Positions 55,563 through 64,000 of a stretch of 64,000 nucleotides of DNA are shown one piece after another. The DNA is from Thermoanaerobaculia bacterium (GTDB lineage Bacteria; Acidobacteriota; Thermoanaerobaculia; Multivoradales; UBA5704), in NCBI GenBank assembly GCA_035940855.1, contig DASZEM010000046.1, forward strand, positions 34,805 to 98,804, in the 5' to 3' direction. The position numbers and the translations under genes were made by a program. Position 1 is the first letter of the stretch; each line of letters starts with the position of its first letter. The notes beneath the pieces were generated by a model. That model was given only the letters and a program-made list of their open reading frames with translations, had not been told where the DNA came from and made no database searches.

Positions 55563-57014
55563 TCAGTCCCGCCGGGCCACCGCGATGATCCCCAGGCCCT
55601 TCCACGGCAGCATCCGGTCCAGCCGCCGGATGACCGGCACGCCCATGTTGAAGACCTTGAGCTGCGTGCGGCTGAAGTGGCGGCGCTTCATCACCTTGCC
55701 GTTGAGCCACCAGCCGGGCACCGAGATGCGGTTGAAGTCCTTCATCACCTCGACGGTGAAGCCGGTCTTCTGGAACTCCTCGCGCAGCATCTCCTGGGAG
55801 TAGCGGGTGCGGTGGCCGAGCACCTCGTCGAGGCTCGAATAGAGCTTCTGCCCCGCGGGCACGTAGAGCACCAGCCGGCCGCCCGGGGCCAGCACGTCGT
55901 GGACGTTGCGCAGCGACTGGAGGGGATCGCGGACGTGCTCCAGCACGTTCAGGCAGACCACCGTGTCGAACTGCCCCTTCCAGGGCTCGAAGCAGGCCGG
56001 ATCCTCGAGGTCGATCCTGGCCACCTTGAGGTAGGGCTTGCCCAGGGCGAGGTTCTTCAGATAGTCGAGGTAGTGCGGGTTGATGTCGCTCGCGAGGTAC
56101 AGGTCGCGGGGCAGGAGCCAGGTCGTGATGTTGCCGATGCCGGCGCCGATCTCCAGCACCCGGGCGCCCACGTAGGGCGCGATCGCCTCGGCCATCCAGC
56201 GGTTGAACTGCTGGGCCTTCTCCAGGCTGTGGAGGATGTGGGAGCCGTACTCGTCCTCGGCGTAGACGTCGTCGATGAAGCGGTACTTCACCATCGTCCG
56301 GAACGCCTTGAAGGCGTCCTTCCAGCCGATCTTCTTGCCCTCGCGGTAGGTGCGGCCCATGTAGCTGATGGGCACCTCGAAGATCCGGCTCTCGCGCTTG
56401 GCCACTTTTGCCGTAATTTCAGGCTCCATGGCGAAGTCGTTGGAGCGGATGGGGATCGACTTGATGAGCGGCGCCCGGAAGACCTTGTAGCAGGTCTCCA
56501 TGTCCGTCAGGTTCAGGTCCGTGAACCAGTTGCTGACCGTGGTCAGGAACCGGTTGCCCAGGCTGTGCCGGTAGTAGAGGACCCGCCGCCGGTCGCTGGG
56601 CAGGAAGCGGGAGCCGTAGACCACGTCGGCGCCGTCTTCGAGGAAGGGCCGGATCAGGCGCGGGTAGTCCCGCGGGTCGTACTCCAGGTCGGCGTCCTGA
56701 AACAGGATGAGATCGCCCGTGGCCTCCGCGATGCCCCGGCGGATGGCCGCGCCCTTGCCCTGGTTCTTCCCCTGCTCCAGCAGGCGGACGCGGTCCGGGT
56801 GCTGGGCGGCCATCTGGCGCAGGATCTCCAGGCTGCCGTCCCTCGAGCCGTCGTCGACCACGAGCACCTCCATCTCGCGGATCTCGGGCGCGGAGACGGA
56901 GAGCACCCGCTGGATCAGCTCGGCGACCAGGAAGCGCTCGTTGTAGACCGGGATGACGACGCTCAGCTTGACCCCGGCCGGGGTGGTTTCTTCTCTCAAG
57001 GCCCTCTCGCTCAT
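55563..57014 (-). CDS. Bifunctional family-2 glycosyltransferase / class-I SAM methyltransferase fusion
   Basis: Start MSERALREETTPAG (ATG 57014). GT2 domain (LSVVIPVYNE...VVDDGSRDGS...DADLEYDP), then Methyltransf_11-like domain (VLEIGAGIGNIT...VVCLNVLEHVRDP). The track's longer ORF is an antisense-extension artefact. Confidence 0.75.
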   Translation of the reverse strand: MSERALREETTPAGVKLSVVIPVYNERFLVAELIQRVLSVSAPEIREMEVLVVDDGSRDGSLEILRQMAAQHPDRVRLLEQGKNQGKGAAIRRGIAEATGDLILFQDADLEYDPRDYPRLIRPFLEDGADVVYGSRFLPSDRRRVLYYRHSLGNRFLTTVSNWFTDLNLTDMETCYKVFRAPLIKSIPIRSNDFAMEPEITAKVAKRESRIFEVPISYMGRTYREGKKIGWKDAFKAFRTMVKYRFIDDVYAEDEYGSHILHSLEKAQQFNRWMAEAIAPYVGARVLEIGAGIGNITTWLLPRDLYLASDINPHYLDYLKNLALGKPYLKVARIDLEDPACFEPWKGQFDTVVCLNVLEHVRDPLQSLRNVHDVLAPGGRLVLYVPAGQKLYSSLDEVLGHRTRYSQEMLREEFQKTGFTVEVMKDFNRISVPGWWLNGKVMKRRHFSRTQLKVFNMGVPVIRRLDRMLPWKGLGIIAVARRD

Positions 57015-57074
57015 CAAAGGCGGTGCATGATAGCACTCGCTCCACGATTCCGGATCGAAGAAGATTCTCCCGGC

Positions 57075-58793
57075 ATGAAATTTCGCCTCCACCGACGGAC
57101 CGCCCTGGACGCGGCGCTGATCTCCCTCGCCGCCCTGGCCGTCTACGGCGGAACGGTCCTCTTCGACTTCGTCTTCGACGACCACGTCCAGATCGAGCGC
57201 AACCCCTGGCTGCGCGCGCCCGAAGGGCTCCGCCTGTTCCTCACCCGTCCCTTCTGGGGCTTCTACCCCGACCGGGGGATCGGACCTTCCAACTACTACC
57301 GCCCGGCCTTCGGAGCCGCCTACTCCCTCGTGGCGCGTCTCTTCGGCCTTCAGCCCGCGGCCTTCCACGCCGCCTCCGTGCTCCTCCACGGGGCCGTCTC
57401 CCTCCTGGTGGCCCTTGTCGCGAGGCGTTTCCTCCGCGGCGAAGGACGGGACATCGCCGCCCTCGCCGCCGGCCTTTTCTTCGCCGTCTACCCCGCCCAC
57501 GCCGAAGCCGTGGCCTGGGTCGGCGGCCAGGCCGACGTGCTGGCGGCTTTCTTCGCCTTGCTGGCAACCCTCGCCTACCTGGGCCGAGCTCAGAATGCCC
57601 TCGGCGCCCTCGCCTATCTCCTCGCCTGTCTCTCCAAGGAGACCGGCGCCGCCCTGATTCTGGTCCTGGGGATGATCGAAGTCTCCGAGTGGCGCCGCGA
57701 AGGATCCCTCGGGACCGCCCTCCGCCGGGGTGTCGCGCGCCTCGCGCCCTACGTCCTCGTCCTCGGCGTCTATCTCGCCCTGCGCATCCATGCCCTGGGT
57801 GGATTCGCGCCGCGCCACTACGGCGTCACCTCCTCCGTGACCGGCGCCGTGTCCTACGCGGGCGCCCTGCTCGCCCGGTATCTCGGTTTCCTGCTCGTCC
57901 CCTTCCCCCCGCGGGTGCTCACCTCGGTGCCGGCGCCCTCGTTCCTCTCCCTCCTGGCGCTGGCCGGGCTTGCCGTGGCCGGGCTCGCGGCGGCGGGGAT
58001 GGCGGCCGCGGCCTGGAGCGGACGGGCGAGGCGGGAGATCGTGCTGCCCCTGGCCTTCCTGGCCGCCTTCCTCCTCCCCGCCCTGTCCGCCAACTCCATC
58101 GGCGGGGCCAACTTCGCCGAGCGCTATCTTTATCTGCCCTCGGTCGGCCTCGCGTGGCTGGCCGGGCTCGCCTGGAGCCGGATCGTCCGGGCCGTGCCCG
58201 CGGGAACCGCCCGGAAGGCCGCGACGGCCGTGGCCCTCGCGATACTGGCCGCCTCGGGAGCCGCCGCCTGGGACCGCTCGACGATCTACCGGGACGACCT
58301 CGCGCTCTTCGGGGAGATCGTGCGCCGCAATCCAAGGAACGAGATCGCCCGCAACAACCTGGGGATGGCGCTCTACAGAGCAGACCGGTTCGGCGAGGCC
58401 GAGCGCGAGTACCAGGAAGCCCTGCGCCTCCGTCCAGGCAACGTCGCCCCGCTCTCGAACCTGGCCCTCCTCCGCGAGCACCAGGGGGACGTGGCCGGGG
58501 CCGAAGAGCTCTTCGAGGAAGTGCTCCGCCGCTCCCCCACCCACGCCGTGTCCGCCGTCCACCTTGCCCGCATGCAGATCGCCCGCGGGGACCACGCCGG
58601 GGCCGCCCGGAGACTGGACGCCCTGTTCGCGGCCCGCGGCGAGAGCTACGACGCCCTGGTGGAGCGGGCCGGCCTGTGGCTCCGGGAAGGGCGGCCCGAG
58701 AAGGCGATTCCCCTGCTGGAACGGGCCGTGGCGACGTTTCCGGAACGGAGACGGGGACGGGAGATGCTGGAGCGGGCGCGGAGGGGGTCTTAA
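57075..58793 (+). CDS. TPR-repeat integral membrane protein, TMTC/PMT_2-like (putative protein O-mannosyltransferase-like)
   Basis: Start MKFRLHRR (ATG 57075); FDFVFDDHVQIERNPWL motif; ~10 TM helices; C-terminal TPR repeats (…ARNNLGMALYRADRFGEAEREYQEALRLRPGNV…). Confidence 0.65.
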   Translation: MKFRLHRRTALDAALISLAALAVYGGTVLFDFVFDDHVQIERNPWLRAPEGLRLFLTRPFWGFYPDRGIGPSNYYRPAFGAAYSLVARLFGLQPAAFHAASVLLHGAVSLLVALVARRFLRGEGRDIAALAAGLFFAVYPAHAEAVAWVGGQADVLAAFFALLATLAYLGRAQNALGALAYLLACLSKETGAALILVLGMIEVSEWRREGSLGTALRRGVARLAPYVLVLGVYLALRIHALGGFAPRHYGVTSSVTGAVSYAGALLARYLGFLLVPFPPRVLTSVPAPSFLSLLALAGLAVAGLAAAGMAAAAWSGRARREIVLPLAFLAAFLLPALSANSIGGANFAERYLYLPSVGLAWLAGLAWSRIVRAVPAGTARKAATAVALAILAASGAAAWDRSTIYRDDLALFGEIVRRNPRNEIARNNLGMALYRADRFGEAEREYQEALRLRPGNVAPLSNLALLREHQGDVAGAEELFEEVLRRSPTHAVSAVHLARMQIARGDHAGAARRLDALFAARGESYDALVERAGLWLREGRPEKAIPLLERAVATFPERRRGREMLERARRGS

Positions 58794-58798
58794 GCCCG

Positions 58799-59650
58799 AT
58801 GAGGCCCACCCTGATCTGCCCCGTCCGCCGCTGCGCCGCCCCTCTGGAGCGCCAAGGCCAATCCCTGGTCTGCCCGCGGGGGCACACTTTCGACCTCGCC
58901 CGCAGCGGCTACTGCAACCTCCTCCAGCCGCAGGACCGGCGTTCGAAGAACCCCGGCGATCCCAAGGAGACGGTGGAGGCCCGGCGGCGGTTCCAGGACG
59001 CGGGCCACGGCGCGGCGCTCCTCAAGGCTCTGATCGCGGAGATCGACGCCCTCGACCTGCCGCCCGGCGCCGCCGTCCTCGACGTGGGGTGCGGCGAGGG
59101 GACCTACCTCGGCCGTATTACCAGGGATATTGCCCGGGAACGGCCCGTCGAGGCCCATGGGATCGACCTCTCGGCACCCGCCGTCGACCTCGCGGCCCGG
59201 CGGTTCCCGGAGGCGACGTGGATCGTGGGCAACGCGGACCGGTTCCTGCCCTGGGCTCCGGAATCCTTCGATCTCGTCCTGTCGATCGACGCCCGGTTGA
59301 ACCCCGGGGAGATGCGGCGGGTCCTGAAACCCGAGGGATGGCTGCTGGTGGCCGTGCCGGGGCCGGACGACCTCGTCGAGTTGCGGACGGCGGTGCTGGG
59401 CGAAGGCCTGACGCGGGACCGGATGGAGCGCGTCGAGGCGATGCTGGCCGGCGATTTCGAGCTGGATGGAAGGCGGACCGTGCGCGAGACCGTCCGCCTC
59501 TCCCCCGAGGCCGCCCGGGACGCCCTGGCCGCCACCTACCGCGGCGCCCGCGAGAGCCGGCGGGAGCGGATCGAGGCGATCTCAGCGATGGACGTGACGC
59601 TCAGCCACGAGCTGGCGCGGTTCCGGGCGCCTCGAAGATCGGACTCTTGA
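58799..59650 (+). CDS. rlmA: 23S rRNA (guanine745-N1)-methyltransferase RlmA-like
   Basis: N-terminal zinc ribbon LICPVRRC…LVCPRGHTFDLARSGYCNLL matches E. coli RlmA (CPLC…ICPQRHQFDMAKEGYVNLL); SAM motif VLDVGCGEG. Confidence 0.8.
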   Translation: MRPTLICPVRRCAAPLERQGQSLVCPRGHTFDLARSGYCNLLQPQDRRSKNPGDPKETVEARRRFQDAGHGAALLKALIAEIDALDLPPGAAVLDVGCGEGTYLGRITRDIARERPVEAHGIDLSAPAVDLAARRFPEATWIVGNADRFLPWAPESFDLVLSIDARLNPGEMRRVLKPEGWLLVAVPGPDDLVELRTAVLGEGLTRDRMERVEAMLAGDFELDGRRTVRETVRLSPEAARDALAATYRGARESRRERIEAISAMDVTLSHELARFRAPRRSDS

Positions 59651-60392
59651 GCAGTCCCTTCTTCTGCATCTTGTAGCGCGTCAGCACGCTCAGGACCGCG
59701 AAGCCGTACCGGACGCTGCGCCGGAAGCCGATCTGCGAAGCCTCCGGGAAGTAGCGGGTCTGGATGGGGATCTCCTGGATGCGCAGCCCCTGCCAGACGC
59801 CCTGGGCGATGATCTCGGTGTCGAACACGAAGTCGTCCGAGTTGGCCTCCAGGTTCACCGATTCGAGGAACCGGCGGCTGTAGGCCCGCAACCCCGAGTG
59901 GTACTCCGAGAGGAACACGTAGAACGTGGCGTTGGCCACGGCCGTCAGCCCGATGTTCGCCAGATACTTCCACTTCGGCATGCCGCCCTCGAGCGGCCGG
60001 CCGCCCAGCATGCGGCTGCCGAACACGGCGTCGCACTCGCCGCGCAGCAGAGGCGTCACCAGCGCCGGGATGCTCTTGGGATCGTACTGGTGATCGGGAT
60101 GGACCATCACCGCGATGTCGGCGCCGCGGGCGAGAGCCTCGCGGTAGCACGTCTTCTGGTTCCCGCCGTAGCCCCGGTTCTTCGGATGGACGACCACGTG
60201 GAGCCCCAGCCCGCGGGCGATCTCCACCGTCCGGTCGCGGCTCGCGTCGTCCACCACCACGATGTCGTCCACCCAGTCCATGGGCAGGTCCGCCAGGGTA
60301 CGCTCCAGCGTCTTCTCGGCGTTGTACGCCGGCATGACCACGCAGACCTTCCGCGTCCTCTGCCGCGGGTCGAGATCGGACGAAGACCGCAT
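59601..60392 (-). CDS. Family-2 glycosyltransferase (polyprenyl-phosphate sugar transferase-like)
   Basis: 263 aa; VCVVMPAYNAEKTL…VVVDDASRD…; 50-nt convergent overlap with the rlmA 3' end. Confidence 0.75.
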   Translation of the reverse strand: MRSSSDLDPRQRTRKVCVVMPAYNAEKTLERTLADLPMDWVDDIVVVDDASRDRTVEIARGLGLHVVVHPKNRGYGGNQKTCYREALARGADIAVMVHPDHQYDPKSIPALVTPLLRGECDAVFGSRMLGGRPLEGGMPKWKYLANIGLTAVANATFYVFLSEYHSGLRAYSRRFLESVNLEANSDDFVFDTEIIAQGVWQGLRIQEIPIQTRYFPEASQIGFRRSVRYGFAVLSVLTRYKMQKKGLLKSPIFEAPGTAPARG

Positions 60393-60427
60393 TTCGGGAT
60401 TCTATCTGAGAGTATCCTGAACCCCGC

Positions 60428-61711
60428 ATGACCGGCCCTTTCTCCTATCCGGAGCGGCCCTACGACCGCGCCCTCGCCGCCGCCGGCCAGCTCGAACGGC
60501 TGGCCCGGGCCGCCGCGCGGTCCCTGCGAACGCTCCGGGTGCCGAAGGTACAGCGGTCCAGCCGGCCGCTGTCCGCCACGTCCGCCGTCGCCGAGACTCC
60601 CGCCGTCTGGAAGGCGCCCATCCTGTATCTGCCCGCGGTCTCCTGGACCTACCGCTTCCAGCGTCCCCAGCACCTGGCCCTGGCCCTGGCGCGCGCGGGC
60701 CATCCGGTGCTCTACGTGGACGGCTTCCTGCGCAGCCGGATCCTCCCCTCCCGTCACCTGCTGCACGCCCAGGGCGGCCTTCACGTCCTGCGCATGCGCG
60801 TGCCGGGCCGGCCGGACCCCTACCGCGAGCCCCTCGACCGCCGGGCCGCCGGGCGCATGGCCGGCACCCTCCTGGCCGGCCTGCGCGGCAAGCGCCCGTT
60901 GATGGTCCTCGTCCAGCTCCCCTTCTGGGCCGAGCTCGGCCGGGAGCTCGCCCGCCGCCTGGGCGCCCCCCTGGTCTACGACCGCATCGACCTCCACGCC
61001 GGCTTCCCCGGAGTGCCTGGAAGCATTGAAGAGGCCGAGGATCGGCTGATCCGCGAGGCCGATCTCGTTTGCGCCACGGCCTCCCTGCTCGCCGAGCGCC
61101 CCCGCGAGCTGAACGCCCGCGTCCAGCTCCTGCCGAACGGCGTGGACCTCGGAGCCTTCCCGGAGCCGGCTCCACGGCGGCAGGATGCGGGAATCCGTAT
61201 CGGCTATGTGGGAGCCCTGGGCCCCTGGTTCGACGTCGAAGCCGTTGGCCAGGCCGCCCGGACCCTCCCGGACTGGCGCTTCCGCCTCGCCGGACGCGTG
61301 GAAGATCCGGAAGTTACCGCCCTCTCCGGTCTTCCCAACCTCGAGACCGTCGGCGAGATCCCTTTCGCGGAAGTCCCCGGCTTCCTCTCGGACCTCGACG
61401 TGGCGCTGGTCCCCTTCCGGGACCTGCCCCTGACCCGCGCCGTCGATCCCGTGAAGCTCTACGAAGCCCTCGCCCTGGGCCTCCCCGTGGTGGCCCGCCG
61501 CCTTCCTGAAACCGAGCGCTGGCCCGAGCCCCTCGTCTACCTCTACGACGATCCCGAGAGCTTCCTCCGCCAGCTCCGCCGCGCCGTCCAGGAAAGGACC
61601 CCCGAGCTGGCCCAGGAGCGCCGCCGCGCCGCTGAAGGCGAGAGCTGGGACCTCCGGGCCGCCGAGCTGCTCCAGGCCGTGGCGCCCTTGAAGCAAGGGT
61701 GGGAAGAGTAA
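60428..61711 (+). CDS. Family-1 (GT4-like) glycosyltransferase
   Basis: 427 aa; C-terminal GT-B motif (…IGYVGALGPWFD…E…VKLYEALALGLPVVA). Confidence 0.7.
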   Translation: MTGPFSYPERPYDRALAAAGQLERLARAAARSLRTLRVPKVQRSSRPLSATSAVAETPAVWKAPILYLPAVSWTYRFQRPQHLALALARAGHPVLYVDGFLRSRILPSRHLLHAQGGLHVLRMRVPGRPDPYREPLDRRAAGRMAGTLLAGLRGKRPLMVLVQLPFWAELGRELARRLGAPLVYDRIDLHAGFPGVPGSIEEAEDRLIREADLVCATASLLAERPRELNARVQLLPNGVDLGAFPEPAPRRQDAGIRIGYVGALGPWFDVEAVGQAARTLPDWRFRLAGRVEDPEVTALSGLPNLETVGEIPFAEVPGFLSDLDVALVPFRDLPLTRAVDPVKLYEALALGLPVVARRLPETERWPEPLVYLYDDPESFLRQLRRAVQERTPELAQERRRAAEGESWDLRAAELLQAVAPLKQGWEE

Positions 61712-61733
61712 GGGGGAAGAGAGATGCATAAAG

Positions 61734-62090
61734 ATGCAATATGAAAGGGAAGAGCACCGCAGCCCGGACGGGACCCTCACTCTCGTGGTGATGTGTGACG
61801 GGGAAGACGTCACGGTCGGCTTCGGGGGGTTCGAATGGCACACGCACGGCGATCTGCTGGCCGCTGACTATCCTTTCGCCGACATCACCGGGCTTACCCC
61901 GGACGAGGCCGCGCAGCGCCTGGTACAGGACATTCTCTCGAACCGGGTGACGCTCGCGGTGTTGCGCGTTGGGGGACAGGTCCGCGAGGTGTGGCCGACC
62001 CTTGACCCGGAAGAGGAGCTCCGGTATCTCCAGCCCGGGGAAGACATCGAGTTTCGGCTCTGGTCGGTGCCCCACATCCCGGGTTCGTGA
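61734..62090 (+). CDS. Hypothetical protein (118 aa)
   Basis: Clean ORF with an AT-rich 5' end; no recognisable domain. Confidence 0.4.
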   Translation: MQYEREEHRSPDGTLTLVVMCDGEDVTVGFGGFEWHTHGDLLAADYPFADITGLTPDEAAQRLVQDILSNRVTLAVLRVGGQVREVWPTLDPEEELRYLQPGEDIEFRLWSVPHIPGS

Positions 62091-62239
62091 CATTCGAATA
62101 TTTTGAAGCGGCGCCCGGGTGTGGCAGCATATCCTCTGGTCTCTTGATCCGTTGCGGCTGTCGCGGCCCCTCAGATCGGCGCGCAGGAGGGGCTCGTCCC
62201 TCCTGGACGCTTCCAACTCGTGTCTACGGAGAATGCTCC

Positions 62240-64000
<1,761 letters not shown>

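Noticed and set aside
55497-58793. 1098-aa plus-strand and 1010-aa minus-strand ORFs spanning two genes
   Set aside because: Only the C-terminal 572 aa of the plus-strand ORF (TMTC-like protein, from ATG 57075) and the C-terminal 483 aa of the minus-strand ORF (GT2-MT, from ATG 57014) look like protein. The N-terminal extensions are mutual antisense read-through.

Overview
This is a high-GC (~68-70%) chromosomal segment, most likely Acidobacteriota: it carries a tandem array of four 'VWFA-related Acidobacterial domain' (TIGR03436-like) paralogs. Coding is dense on both strands. Many long ORFs in the track are antisense or alternative-frame artefacts of GC-rich DNA and were discarded. Housekeeping genes recognised from sequence are phoH plus a partial 7TM-HD receptor, hbd, tsaE, nnr, msrA, a DEAD-box helicase, hutU, hemE, thyA-folA, rlmA and a glycine-rich RRM protein. 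Accessory content includes: (i) four tandem secreted VWA paralogs at 8.3-15.2 kb; (ii) a Tat-type tyrosinase followed by a lipoprotein that is a free-standing paralog of the tyrosinase's own C-terminal domain, with a palindrome in the promoter; (iii) a lower-GC three-gene island of small ORF, ABC/AAA_21-type ATPase and a DUF4276-like protein, which looks like an AbiL/OLD-type defence module; (iv) two toxin-antitoxin modules, a VapBC-like pair and an MNT/HEPN pair whose HEPN toxin carries a 1-nt frameshift; (v) several small signal-peptide-bearing cysteine-rich mini-proteins, two of which share a C-x4-C-x2-C...CC framework, and a GG-leader-like precursor peptide; (vi) an export locus with three tandem HlyD-family adaptors plus an FtsX permease and no ATPase; (vii) a glycosylation/methylation cluster; (viii) the 5' part of a poly-HAMP signalling protein built from near-identical 276-bp tandem repeats. 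No tRNA, rRNA, CRISPR array, transposase or integrase was recognised. All calls rest on reading translations and DNA motifs by eye; no database search was possible.
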